Source: the human T2T-CHM13v2.0 reference genome, Homo sapiens. Taken from it: DNA of 64,000 bases. Positions within the stretch are counted from its first letter, which is position 1. Every line of letters starts with the position of its first letter. The translations under genes and the position numbers were made by a program. Positions 1-14,424 of this stretch are shown piece by piece. The stretch is taken from the NCBI RefSeq assembly GCF_009914755.1, contig NC_060927.1, one strand, 5' to 3'. The notes beneath the pieces are model-generated. The model ran no database searches. It worked only from the letters and a program-made list of their open reading frames with translations, and was not told the origin of the DNA.

Positions 1-954
1 AGTAAGTATTAGGATTATGAGAACTTACCCAATATAAACTGAAGTTAATTTGCTCCCAATTTGAAAATTGTGTGTAAAACTGATGGCCATTTTGTTCAAA
101 TGATTTTTTACGCTGTACTGAAACTCTCTATTCAAATATACTTCTAATGTCCTTTCGAGCTCCTGTGTCTGGTCATTCTTTAATTCTAGACCTTGTGTAT
201 ATAAACAGAATGGCCTTTATTATTTGGGCCACAGACCTTCGTTTTTGATCATTGCAGCCTTCCACACATGAGTTTTCAGAGTCACCAAGCCTAACATTAT
301 TCGTTTACCTGCAAAACTGAGCCTTGCTGATTCTTGCACAGGAATCTCGGGAAATCAACCAAATTTAAGATAAAGAATGGACTTGTTTCACTGATTCATG
401 TTTCAACATCATGGGACAAACAAGAGACATAATCTATGGGTGACCTGCATGTCTCAACACAGAACAGTGGTGCAATTGCACAGTGAACTCTCTGATCGCT
501 ACAACCACCTGCGTGTTTTATTGCATATTAGGTGTCCTAAGGACACTTTCATGACAACAAACCAGAAAAAGGCCATAAGCAGTTCAAGTATGAACTTGAA
601 ATGAGGTTATCAGAGTATGACTGTAAAAGGCTCTCCCCATTTCAGAATTTAAGAGAGGAGTCATCCTGAACTGATAATGAATGACACCTCTGAGGAAGGG
701 AAAGGAGGCGTATTTCCAGGGAATGCTTTTTATGTCACAGTCATTTTGTTTGAGCAGAAAGGGATTTGCTGTCGGTCTTTAAATAAACAGTTCTTTGTTC
801 TCTGCCTCTGTGTGCGACTCTTCTTTCTCTAACTCTAAAGCAAAAGGCTAGGATTTATTAGGATACAACTTTACGCTAAATCTGTGGAAGAATAATGCAT
901 TTGTATTCACTCCATGTTTGAATTGCAGCGAAAAGGACAATTATAGTCAGAGTT

Positions 955-1280
955 GACATTTTAGTGAGTGCTTTGTACCTGGTATTGTTAGAAGCACTTA
1001 CAGGTAGAGTGGTCTACTCTTTCTGGTTTGCTCAGGACAGTCTCAGTTTTACCATGTAAGTCCTACATCCTGGGAAACTCTTAAGTAGCAGGCAAACTAG
1101 GCCTCCCGTTACAAGTATTATTTCATTTAATTATCAACCCCTCCAATTCCCAATGAGGTAACCTTATATTCTTTTGCAACTAACAGAACTGAGGCACTAA
1201 GAGGTTAAACAATTTCTGAAGTTTTAATACTTACTGACATTTACTGCAAGTGACTGAATGAGAACTCAAACCCAGACATT
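955..1280 (-). mobile_element. MIR SINE (degenerate), interrupted by a small hAT MITE (MER81-like, ~1005-1110)
   Basis: MIR core in reverse (gaactgaggcactaagaggttaa; gagtgctttgtacctgg). The inserted segment ctggtttgctcaggacagtctcagtttt...cctgggaaac resembles MER81. Confidence 0.55.
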
Positions 1281-3242
1281 ACAGCTTACTCTGTTTCTCC
1301 CTACCTGGGAGTAACTATTGTAATAAACACTTAAGTTGTTGAACTAGACCTTACTCACTAGAACTCTGGACTTGGGTACTTCAGTCTTGGTGGATGTAAG
1401 GAGAGAAGAAAAATTATTTCCACATCATTTGTGGATGACACCAAACCATAATGCTAACTTGTCTCAAAAATGCTTGTCAGTGGCTACAAAGGATTGTCTT
1501 TCCGAACCACTAATTAATCTGTAATCAATTAAGTACAGAATTCTAACAATACAACATACCTATAATTTGCAGGTTGTGTAGTACCTTGCGTAGCAGCTAC
1601 TTAAGAAATAGTGTTATGTCTAGTTTGGGGAAAAAAACTCTTCAGCAAAAATGTGTTTTGTTTGTGTTATATCCTTTCTTACTTTCAAAAAAAGAGCAAG
1701 AAAATCTACTCAGACAAGTCACGATAAAATATCTGCAAATATAAAACCACATTTCAAATGGAACTTACTATTTATTATTTACCAATGTGATATAAATGCC
1801 CATTGATGCAGTTTAAATCTTTCTATCACTTACTGCCTATGTAAACAACCAAATGTTCTTACTATAGTAGTATAATAATTCTCAGACTTTGGGATTTAGA
1901 AAACCAATAAAATAACAAAATAAGAAGAGGAGGTCAGCATAGTGTTACCACTTTTTAATTCTATTAAGCAATGTTAATTAAACAAAACACTTACTATTAT
2001 TTACTGGCCCTCAGATTGACTTTAAATTTACCATCACTGGCACACTTCTCTTAAAAGTTCGTTTTAACGCTAAAAGAGCCATCATTTTAGTGTCATGGTT
2101 GAAAGTTAAATCGTATCCCAACATACTTCAAAAATAGGAGTTATGTTACAAAAAATAATTTGGCCCACACAGTTGTATTACATGCACTTGTTTTTTTGGT
2201 ATTTATATGTTAGTTTGTGACACTAAATTCAGTGCAACATTACATGGGGGTCAGTTTTCCAACTTGCTCCAGAGCTTCCTATTTTTACCACAGTAGATGT
2301 AGAATTCCATTTCACATCTGCATGTTGACAGAAATGGAGCAGCATATTTCATGTTATTTCAATTGAGAGTTTTCTGGGAAAACTGAGAGAAGCAGAGGAA
2401 CCACAGCCCCCAAGCTAGTGCCAAGAAGGAAACAAACTACAGCGGGCCTAATGTCTGTCTAACATGGCCAAGGGGAGAATGGATTCTTGGCTTAGGAGTG
2501 GTTATGCCCACTACATCCAGAGTGTACAACTGCCAGCATGGAGGGAATGAATTTGAAAGACATCCATTGGGTCAGGGAAAATGTGAGCAAGGATTGACCA
2601 CTGGTATAGTGGCTGGGAATGAGTAGAGCTGAAAAGTCCCTTCCCAGGTCAGCCACCAAAGGGCTCCATGGTCTGGCAAGTCCTTTTACCTGCCTAAGTT
2701 TCAGTTGCCCCAATGTTTTTATGGCCTTCCAAACTCCTTTCATTACTCAACACAAAACTGTTTGATTTCCAATTCTCTTAAGATCCCTCCTTTATGCTAA
2801 TGAACAGTGCACACTAAAGTATTAATCAGTTTTATTGAATTAGTAGATTTGTCTTTTCAAGCACACCATTAAGTTTTACCTGGATTTTAGTCACAGTGGT
2901 TTCACCTAAATTCAAAATCCTATGTTGCCTCTTTGCACAGTCCTGCTTGGCATTGATGCTAATTGCTAAAACATTGAAATTACCGCAAGGATATTATTCA
3001 TCTTTTGTTTTTGAATGCCTTATTCATAGGGGTAACTTTTAAACCTGATGAAAGGTATGTATCCTAAGCCTAAACCAGGGTGGTAAATGGAAAACAAACA
3101 AACAAAAAATAGCAGATTATGAAGGAATAAGGGAAGCATATACTTAATGTGTCAAAAATAGTGAGGCAGATTTGAAATCTGTGGTTAGTTTTTCAAAGCA
3201 AGTACTATGCCCAGTACCCACCAGCACGTAACAGTCTACCTC

Positions 3243-3251
3243 AACACACAG

Positions 3252-3285
<34 letters not shown>

Positions 3286-3299
3286 CACACACACACACA
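3243..3299. repeat. (CA)n microsatellite, imperfect
   Basis: Direct reading: acacacagatacacacaca...caccccacacacacacac. Confidence 0.95.
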
Positions 3300-6200
3300 T
3301 GGTGTCTATATGCTTGTCAACACTTTCATATTTGGGAGCTGTAATTTCCTCAAAGGTAGGCACGGTATTGTCTTCATCGACTCCCCCACATTTAGTTCAA
3401 TGCTTACCACATACCAAGTGCCCAGTAACACTTTGTGTCAACAAATGTTAACTGTTGGAATTAATTTCCAGATCCTGCGAATGTTTCTTACATCTTATAC
3501 TCTTATCAATTTCACTCCTAGGACAGAGGGAAAGAAATGCATTCCACAGAACCAACACTTTACAGAAAACTCAATTTGTGTTAGTACATGTTTGTGTATT
3601 AAAATTATAGGACGAAACTTTTTTATAACCTCAAAATGCTGAACCAAATAGTTGAAAGGGTGTAGGTGATGGTGAAGATGAAGAAGCCAAAGATTATTAT
3701 GGGACATTGTCTTAGGTACTTGCAAGAATTAGTGCTAACTGCCCCCTTTCTAGGCTTTTTAAAATAAAGATAGTAAAGGTAAAATTTGGGGACATCAGGA
3801 AATGGTCCACAGAAAAAAGACCACTCAACCAGCATCTTAGTGTCTCCCTAATATATAATTAAGCAAAATTCAATATTATCTACAATATCCTCAGCTTTCC
3901 CTTCTACTTATGAGGATTTTGTGGTTGTTTTTTTTTTTCAGATATTTAAGTAGATCAGGATCCTTTACTTTTTGAGAGGGCAGGCATGGCAGGTTTTGCA
4001 CAAAACCACTGGGGAAGGAAGGATGCTGTCACTTTTTTTCATCTTGGATCAGAACTGATTGGCAGTGTGCTTATTCATTTATGCCTGCAGTGCTTCATTT
4101 GAGATGGGCTAATGGACAGGTACCTGGATATTCTTTGCTAGCCAGCTTAGATAGTAAATATGCAACTGTTTTTCAGGAAAGTTTCCAAGCATACCACGTT
4201 CATGTTGTTGCAGCATATCCTGTGTGAATCGTGTGAACAAATCATGGTGTAACTCACCTTAAATTCAATAACACAATTTGCTAATCCCCTTTGTTTCCTC
4301 TGAGAAGAGGAGGAAAAATCAAAGTTGCATAGTGAGTGTTATGAGGGATATTTTGCATGAACAAACACAAATTAGGCCATGGACTTTCAGAGCAGTTGTT
4401 TTCTGGATCTAGATGTGTCCATTATGCTTGAAGGATGTCAAGTTATACATTTAGGCATGACGTCAGATAACAGGGATTTTCCTGTGTAAGAAGCTCGTAG
4501 TCTCTGGCTGTGATATGTACAATATATGGCTCCCTCTCAATAGGAAATGTCCCTCCCAGTTGATTCTCAACTTATTTAACTCTCTGTTGTACCTCCTATT
4601 TTCAACAATCCTCAGGGTGTGTGGACGAGTTTTAAACAGAGCATAGATATACAGCCTTGCCATCTGGATCAATGGAAACAAAAATGAGAAAACCCATGGC
4701 TTATTACCTGCCTCCTTTTTTTGGAGGCTTTGACCTGGTTCTATTTAAGAGCATTCTCATATATTTTACTCTGTGAGCTAGAATCAACAAATTTCTGCAA
4801 AATCTATACCAAAAGCAAGGTTTCTTGAAATAATTGGGAAAAAAAGAGAGATTTAGGATTTCAAATGTCAATAATTACATTATTCTGACACCTAGAATGC
4901 CCGTAAGCCAACTTCAAGTGTTGTTTGGTATATTTTGCGAAAAGAATTGAAACCAGTCCAGGAAAGCTGGAGATAAGAAAGAGTTTCAGCTGTTGAGCCA
5001 CAGGAATCAGTTATTATTAATGTCCCATCAAATTATTTGACATTTATTTGCTTGATTTTATGTAGGGGACCTAGGTTATAGTTTATGAAAACAGGTAAAA
5101 ACTTGCAATAAAATGGAAAGAAACATACATTGTCACTATCCTTCCTGAGTAGCTCAAACCAGGAATTTTATAGTAAACAGAATAAGTTAAGGTAAAGCTG
5201 GGTCCTCAACAAGGGTTCTAAGAGGTCACTAAAATTGCATGCAAAATTTTGAAAGTATGCTTGAATATACATTTTTCAGGGTCAAGTTTACATAGCCTGA
5301 AAATGTTTTAAAAATTGGTGTAAATTTTAATGCATTCTGGACGTATAGAACCTAATACTTGTAATCTTGCTATTAATATGTTGATACATTGGAGAAAATC
5401 TACATATTCACAGAGTTTACACTGAAAGCTCTTTGAATCCCCGCTGCTTCCCTTGCTTGCTAAGACAGAAGCCTCAGGGACAAGGGCAGCTGCTTCCAGG
5501 ATGTGAAATTTAGCTAATCTCAAATGTTTGACTTTGAACTCATTTGGAAGATATGTTTTAGTATGTAGCATTTGCTTTTCAGCCATTTTCTCTGGAATGC
5601 TTTTACTCCACTTAGGTAAAGAAAACTGGGACTTAGGGCTTCCACAGGAAGTAGATACCACTGGATTGGATTTTAGACAAGGAAGTGTTCTGTGTCTCTG
5701 GTTTGGCACAGCCTGGTGAAAATTGTTGAACTGCAGCATTTCAGACCTGGTGCCAGCCTAATGGCTACATGCCAAGATTACTATTTGGCGACAAGCAGCC
5801 AGACAAGCAGCTGGTTATTGCAGCGAATCCGAGCAGTGTGCCTGAGGCCATGTCTCTGTTGCCAGATCCCCCAACCCAGTTAGTAACCAAACCCTTGAGG
5901 CTTTCTCTGGGTTTGTTCTCTTCCAGCCTCATGGTGGGCTTTGGCCTGGCAAGGGTCGTCTCCAGCAGGTTGTCCTGCATGCGTCCTGAGCTGTGGTGTC
6001 TGGCTGGAATTAGGATGCTTATAGACCACGTAAAGTTAAGAGATTTCTTGGCAGCTGTGGCTGACACTGTGGGGGCACTGGCCAGAGCATGCTTGCACTA
6101 GAGGCTGGCTGGAAGAGGGCAGAATCAATATGAGCTGCTGGCATTCCACGCTAGCCACGGGTGATGAAGTGACAGCCTGCTGGCATCTCCCTTTGGCCCT

Positions 6201-7739
6201 GCTGGCATCTATTTTGCACTGTTCTTTGTGAAAAGTGCTAAGACTGAGGGACCTGGTGAGCAAACTTGTCAGAGGAAATGAACTGGAGGAGGTGAGGGAA
6301 GAGAAACTGGCCCACAAGATAGAGCCACAACCAGTGACTGTAATGATAGTAGCAATAGGTGATCACAGTCTTAAGTAAATTTTCTCTGTATTTCCAAAGT
6401 GGAAAAAAAATTTCTTCCCTAGGCATTTCAACTCCCTTTTTCTGCCAGAACTTCTGGACCTTGAGAATAGTTTGATGTTAAGCTTTTGGAAGGGAGAAAG
6501 TATAGCTTTCCAGGAGGCCCCAGCTCCCTGTAGGTATTCCCCTCCTGGGATCTGGCACCATCTGTAAGTTTGCTGCAGCTGCTGATGAATTTAAACTGAG
6601 TTAGCAGGAGTTGGGCACAGCATATTTAGAAAGCACTCATCCCTCTTCTTTTGTTGGGGTGGGAGTGAGGAGAAGGGACTCTGGCAAGATTAGTTTCCCT
6701 CTGTTCACTCACAGACACCGTAATACTGTTTGCAGCACTGTGTCCTCCATGTTGATTCCTGGGTAATTCTCAACATCTTTGAAAGGATCTGGTAATTTCT
6801 CCCAGGGAAAGTTGAAGTATACTACAATGGTGGATCTATTAAAAATATTGGCATGGAAGAACAAGAGCTCTATTGTCTCTAATCCGCGTCACCACCCAGG
6901 ACAAGCACCAACAGGACGCTTTCTATGAATCGTGTCTTTTATTCCACATATGTAATCACTTTCTGGAACTAAGTTTATGACTAGAATATCCAGCACTTAA
7001 CATAAATGAAGTAAGTAGAATGAGAGTATAGTTTCAATGGTATTCTGCCATGGTAAAAATTTTCTGTTGCCTTTTCTTTGATTCGATACAGTGATAACTC
7101 TTTTACTTATTTGAACATTTATCCAAGAAACCTTAATGTTGTAGCCCAACATATAAAACAACCCTCAGGGCTATCTAGGTCACAGACAAAGCAGAGTCAC
7201 ATACATAGTTTCAGGAAAAATTCTATTAGTAGTTTAATGAATACTTCATTTCCAAATAATTTTATAATATTAGATCTGAGTGTTTTTTAAAATGTAGCTA
7301 TGCATTTCAACGTCAAAATAGCACATTGGTATTTGGCATTTTTGTTCATGAAGTCATAGTTGAATAATTTGTGTTTGAGCCTCTATTTACTCCATCTCCC
7401 TCCCTATCTATCTGTTGAACACTCACTCATACCTAAGAAACTCACATGCATTTCATAATGCACTCTACATTTTGTCTCCAATTTTTGCAGGATCGTTCGC
7501 CACAACATACATGTATGTTCCCGTTTCACTTTGCCTATATCTCGATCATCACAGTTTTCACCCTGTGTTCTAGTTCTTTAATACATTTTCATCTCTTCTG
7601 TTAGCCTGAGGATTCTGAAAGCAGGAATTGTCTTATCCTTTATTGTATACATTATGATTTTAGGGAAATTAAATTGTATAGTAAATAAAAATTAACACCA
7701 TTTACAGCAAGTACATTTAAAGTTTGAAATACAGAGGTA

Positions 7740-8435
7740 GAGTCGATTCTTGTTATTCACAGAATGTTTTTCTATGAAGTCACCGCAAACACTGGATTAT
7801 CAAATATTGAACCAGAGCTCCTGTGGAAAGTGTAGGGTAAGATTCCCACAAGCCTCTGATCACAACTTTCTCATCAACCAGTTAATGTGTAACTGTTTTG
7901 CATGTTTCTGTTTAAAGACACCTACTTAATAGATATTGTTAATTCATTGACATTTGTCAATCAAATCAAAATTAAGTTTATAATTTACAAACTCAAGGCC
8001 AAAGCACTGTAACTGATACCTGAACAAAGCTTATCTAATACACATACTTTCTCAGGAAGGTGCATCCTAGCTTCCTGGCACTTAGGAACACACTAGAGAG
8101 CACTTTACCACTACACTTGGGGACCATTTTAAACAGCAAAATCACACACACGCACAAAAAAAAAAAAATCACAAAAATGTGAAAAACATGGCAGTAAATA
8201 GATCCCAAAAAGGATACTTGTTTACGATAAGAGAGCTGAAACAAGAAGGCAGACCATCACCTTGTTCTATCTCAGATAAGAATGTGCATATCAGGCTGTC
8301 AAATTTTTCACCACACTGTACATGTCGTCAAGTGACCTCAAAACTGCTGTGAGTACTGATTTGGGGATTACAAATAAATGTTAGCAAGTAGGCAAATTTG
8401 CAAATACAGAATCAGTGAATAATGAGGATCAACTC
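7740..8435. mobile_element. TcMar-Tigger non-autonomous DNA transposon (MER82-like)
   Basis: Terminal inverted repeats gagtcgattcttgttattcac / gtgaataatgaggatcaactc flanked by TA on both sides (7738-39, 8436-37). The internal sequence resembles MER82. Confidence 0.8.
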
Positions 8436-9479
8436 TATTATGTATCGCTAATATTTAATATGATAGTCACCATTTTATTTAATCCAAATTAAGTGTGTCA
8501 TGGAAATAGGCTTAGTTTCTGTGGAGTATTTTATAAATAGTAATTAAAAAATTTTATTTGAAGTAGAGTTTACTTTAAAATTATGTGATATCCAAAGTAT
8601 CCTTTATTTGTCTTGAGTGTTTAATTCAGAAGAGTGAGAAAATTTTAAAACATGTGTTTTCCACTCTCCCTGTAATTTGCTCTAATACAGAAGTTAATAC
8701 CATATTATACTAAAAATAAAGTATAGAATGCATAAAGGCACATCACGAGCACAAATATCTGCACAATGGATTCACAGCAGCAGCGATGAGCTTGGCTCAG
8801 AATAGAATATGGATACGCATCTTAGTGATGATAATTCACTCCGGAGAACGATCCTCTGCAATTTATCTAATCCACTGTGTGCCACTGGATATATTATGTA
8901 CAACTTTTTATTCATACTATGTGGGATTATGAACAATATCAGGATTCATTAAGATGCCTAGGAAAGTAAAGACCATTTTCACAGTAATAGTATTTTTTAT
9001 AATAGGAAAAAATGGATATTGTATTTCTAAGATATTATTCAAAAATATTTGCCTACATGAGTACTTGTGGGAACTAAAAAAATTAAACTCTCATCTTTAA
9101 GTAAGTGTGTTCAATGTAAAAATCAAGTGTTTGCATGTGAGGGTGATATAAGAAATACATGGTAGGGCATAAGTCCTGACAATACACAGGTGAAGAAAGG
9201 CATAGCATAGGAATTTTAAAAGTATATAACTAACTTTTACACAAGGAGGCTGGACATAAAGTACTGTGATAAAGATTGAATCAGAATGAGAAGATATGGA
9301 TAGGATCTTTTGAAATGGTTCTTGTAGGACAGGTTGTATTATGATGGTTATGGTGAGCCACAGGAAAAAAGCACACCCATGGGACAGCACAGGCATGCTC
9401 AGAGTCACACTTCATCCCAGGTAGAATAGTGTATGTGAGCCTGTGGCATGAGTTGACACAGTCAGGTTTGACTCACTCA

Positions 9480-10620
9480 AATCAGTAATCTGGCAGACAT
9501 CTTTTACACCTCCCTTCTTCTCCACCTCCATAGTCAACCAGTTGCCACGTCCTAACATGTCTATCTTCTAGATGTCTCTCGAGTTTGTTCATCCCTTTCT
9601 CCTCATCCTTCCTTTGACTTCCTCCACCTAGGTCTCTGCAGTCTCTTACTCCAAAAGCCTCTTGACTATTCTCCTTGTCTCTAATAAAGGCCCATCAATC
9701 TGTTCTTCACACTGCAGTTAGAACCAACTTCTCATGTTGTCAACCATATAATTTTACCGGTAAGCCCAGAACCCTTTAAAGATTCTCACATGGCCTGAAG
9801 CAGTGGCTCACACCTGTAATCCCAGCACTTTGGGAGGCCGAGGCAGGTGGATGGCTTGATGTCAGGAGTTCGAGACTAGCCTGGTCAACGTAGTGAAACC
9901 TTGTCTCTACTAAATAATACAAAAATCAGCTGGGCGTAGTGGTGCATGCTTGTAGTCCCTGCTACTCAGGAAGCTGAGGCATGAGAATCATTTGAACCCA
10001 GGAGGCGAAGGTTGCAGTGAGCTGAGATCTTGCCCCTGCACTCCACCCTGGGTGACAGAGTGAGATCAGTAACAACAAAAAAGATTCTTACAGTTCTTGC
10101 ATGTTATAAAGACAATTAAATACAGGTTGCTTCCCCATTTCCTTCTCCAACCTTAGCTCTTACCATTTCTCACTTTGCACTTTTTTTTTTTTTTTTTGAC
10201 ATTAAGCCCTCACCTCAAATAACTATGATTGCCAGGTTGTCTTTTGCCTACAGGCTTTTATAACTGCTGTTTCCTTTGCTTAGAGCTTTTTATCTTCCCC
10301 ACCACTCTCCTATCTAAGTAACTTCCACTTACCTGTTCAGATATTAATCTACATGCCAATTCCTTTAAGAAGCTCTTCCTGACTCAGAAATTTGATCAGA
10401 TAGCCTTCTGAATCTTTCACATAGCACCTTGTCCTTAGTCCCTATAGAATTAATTCACAGTTCATTATGATTATATATTTAAATTATTGACTCCCTTCCA
10501 ACCAGACTGTAAGTTTCTTGCAGATGAAGAGTATGTCTTATTTATTACTGAGTACTTTCCAGTATAAATTGAAATAACACAGTGACTGGCAAATGGGCTA
10601 GTGAAGATTTCTGATGGAAA
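9480..10620 (+). mobile_element. L2 LINE 3' region (degenerate), interrupted by an Alu
   Basis: Pyrimidine-rich L2-like body ending in accagactgtaagtttcttgcag...acacagtgactggc, the typical L2 3' terminus. Confidence 0.6.
9792..10082 (+). mobile_element. Alu (AluS-like), full length
   Basis: Dimeric Alu sequence. TSD aaagattctcaca / aaagattcttaca. Confidence 0.95.
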
Positions 10621-10737
10621 GAGAGTGCTACACATAGATATATAGCCAGAGATGCACAGTATTTATCTGTATATTATATGTTAATACTCAGATGGTTCGT
10701 AATGACTCATGGTTTATTCTTTAAATTAGATAGTAAT

Positions 10738-11060
10738 TATAATCATCTCTGGGTATCCAGAGGGAATTGGTTCTAAGATCACCCCCTTGGATAACAAAAT
10801 TTTAAGATACTCCAGTCCCTTATATAAAATTGCACAGTATTGGCATATAACCTAAACACATCCTCCTGTATGCTTTAAATAATCTCTAGATTACTTGTAA
10901 TACCTAATAAGATGTAAATGCTATTCAACAGTTGTTATGCTGGGTTTTTAAAAATTCAAGTTATTGTTGTATTGTTATTTTTTATTGTTTTGGGTTTATT
11001 CCAAATATTTTCAATCTATGGTTGATTAAATACAGGGATGGGATACAGAGGGCCAACTGT
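10738..11060. mobile_element. MER2 (Tigger family) DNA transposon
   Basis: ctctgggtatccagagggaattggttc...cagtcccttatataaaat...ggatacagagggccaactgta resembles the MER2 consensus and its TIRs. Confidence 0.75.
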
Positions 11061-12579
11061 ACAGAAAAAAGACCTATTATAAATCTTGATAGGACTAATG
11101 GAAGAGCATTTAAATTGTTTTTCTCAACATATACATTGAATTTGCAAGTTACTTATGCCTTTGTTGAGTGGTCAGATGTAAGCAGGATGAATATTACCAC
11201 CACACTGTCAGCTAAGCATATTATCTTACACTACTTCTTACAAACATTTAGTGTTATATCTTCTTTTATTCAATTTATCTAATATTTTTCTCTACAATTA
11301 ATGCATTTTCCTATTACATCATGATGTGAGAGAAACTGGATAGAGAAATCAAATGAAACAGCAATCAGGAGATCTTGTTCTTACTCTCTTACCTTGGGAA
11401 GGTTAATCTGACTGTCTGCTGAAGAAGCTGCTGGGATGAGTGTATCAGAACTTGCAAGTCATTTGTTCCTTTGGACAACTGTGTTATTACCACCCTATTA
11501 TGTGCAAGGCACTTTCCAAGATTCATTGATAAACATACATCATATTTTCTTAATTATCATTAAGAAGTGATTGATAAGTTTTCTTCGTTTGAAATTTCAC
11601 TCCCTCCCCTGTGGTTTTACAGTTTAATAGCATACGATTTCATGATAAACTATTAGAGGTAAGGGTTCTCTTCATCAGTAGTCTCATCATGTAGAACTTG
11701 ACTAGCATTTAAGAACTTGATTTCTGTTCTCTTTTTGTCCCTTTGTCAGCTGAATAATTTCATAAGCATATAACAATCATCTAAAATATAAAGAATGGCA
11801 TTATTTATTATCCACCTGTTTAAGATTCCATAAGGACAAATTATACTCTTCTTAAACTGTCTTCTGCTTCCTAGGTATGGGTATTTATCATCATGAGAAA
11901 TATTCATTCATTCAGTCTTTCACTCATTTAGAAAACTTGCTAATCATCAGCTTGTTTAAGCCTCTGTCATAGGTGCTGAAACAAAAAGTGATTAGAGTAA
12001 AGGCCCAGCCCATGAGGACCCTAGAGGTGAGTGGGGGAACCAAGGGAAGGACATAATCACAAGAGTGTGCTAACTGCAAAATGCATGATTTCGAACTTAA
12101 AACAATTTTGCCTTAGATGCACTTCTGTAATATAGGCCCTTTGGGTAAGTACAGTAGAGAATTTAGAGCCGCAATTTGCTAACATGAAGCAAGAACTTAG
12201 AACTGAGGGAACCATAGAATCCTAGAGTTAGAGTGTGCATTGAAACATCCAGTTCAAACAATTTGCTAAAGCTTGAGTTTACTCAAGTGCCAAATGGTCC
12301 ACTAGCTTGGCTTGAATACTTCTAATAAGACACACTCCCCACCTCCTTTCATGTGGGTCTTGATCAACTCTTGTTGTTTATGAATTATTTTCTTGTAATG
12401 AATCAAAATACATCTTGCCACACAGAACAAAGTTAATTCTTCTTCAGCATAACAGCCTTGCAAATATAACAAGGTAATTGTTAGTGACTTTGAGCCCTTT
12501 CTCCAGGCTAAATAAAATCGATACACCATTGGTAGAAATATGTTCACCATCCCAAAGTCTTTTCTGAATATACACAATA

Positions 12580-12935
12580 GTACAGAGTTTTTCAAAGTGC
12601 CAGTTGCAATCAGTGGGTAGTGATTTCAGTGCAGTGGATGAGATTTAGAACTGAATAAAATAAAATACAAAATGTTTGTGTGTTTTCCACATAGTAAGCA
12701 TAGATATTGTTTCATGAAATATTAATTTGTTTCAGATATGTGTTCATGGTGGTGTTTCTGTGTAAACTGACTCCCAAAGTAAAATGTATTTTTTAATGTG
12801 GGTCACAAGAGATAATATAAAGTAAAATAAAATGCCACTGATGTATCTGGGGTGAGGTCTATGAATTGCATTTTTAATAAGCCCCCAAGTTCTGATGATG
12901 ATGATCTATAGAGTCCACTCTGAGCACTGTTGCAC
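12580..12935. mobile_element. hAT-Charlie remnants (Charlie4a-like followed by a MER5-like fragment)
   Basis: acagagtttttcaaagtg...tgtgggtcac and tctggggtgaggtctatgaattgcatttttaataagccccca are motifs typical of these families. Confidence 0.45.
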
Positions 12936-14092
12936 TAAGTGACAACATGAAGAGCTTACATAAGAGCTGAGCTGAGTAAGGACAAAGGTGTCAACCTACA
13001 TAACAAATTTTATTAATGCTTAGTAAGTGTATTAGTAATGCTTAATTTCTTTTGTATTTTTAAGTGAAACTAAATACTTGTAGAAATTGTAATAATGTGC
13101 TTCGCAGCCCTCTTTGGAGACAATGGAGATGTGGGAACAGTGCTAGAGAGGGAGGCTGGGTTAGAGATACAAACACTAGGACTCTCAGAGAACAGTGTCT
13201 GATTCTCAGGAGTTATTAATTTAGGTTTGCTGACCTCAGAGAGAGTATGAACCATCTTAGTTTTCTAATATATCTTCCCTAAACTGCCCTTAATTCATCT
13301 GGCGGACAATGTATACTGAATGGTTTGCTTTGTTTTATGATCTCACCATTGGTTTCATCTAACTGCTCCAGTCCAAAGTTGATTTTCCTTAACAGAAAAT
13401 GTCAATGCAAAATAGTTCACAAATTTTACTCACTATTTGTCATTTTCCAACTTGATTTTCTCATTTCCTTGTTAATGATTTACCATAACATTTCATTTTC
13501 TCCTCTTCTTCCTTTCTTGTGCGCTTCATTTTATCTTAGAATCATCCAAGGGCTGCTTTTGGGAACACCTTCAGTGTGCAATATGCTTACAGTTTTGAGG
13601 GATTTCCCCAGCTTCTAAAGTTGGCTTTCCTTTCAAAGATGTATGCTTGGCCTTATGCCTATGCTTCTTTCCTCACTGTTTTCTCTTCTCCATTCCTGAA
13701 ATTCAGAACCTTGCTCACCCTTACCTTTGCAAGTCTTCACAACTCTCTATGCCATAGTTCCTCTCTCCAGGACTCTTCTGTTGTTCAGACAACAAAAACA
13801 AAGTGCCAATTTTGGTTTCACACAATTCCAAAAACTGTTTACAAACTGTTAACAATTGCAGAAAGAAGCTTTGATACACACAAATTGAAATGGCCTGCAT
13901 CTTGGTAATATTACAACACCGTATAGGACTGAGCTCTTGAAATGTGTCCAAGAGTAGGAAGTGGTTTTTCGTTTGTGAGATATTTGTGAACTTTTAATAT
14001 TTTGGAGTATAGCAAGAGGAAGTCTAAACTTATGAGTTTATACCTGCCACTTATGAGCTTGTAAATTTTGGGTAAGATACTTAATTTTCTGA

Positions 14093-14424
<332 letters not shown>

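Noticed and set aside
5308-6317. Several 90-143 aa ORFs on both strands
   Set aside because: No recognisable domain or pseudogene signature (no poly(A)/TSD). Local GC elevation is a sufficient explanation.
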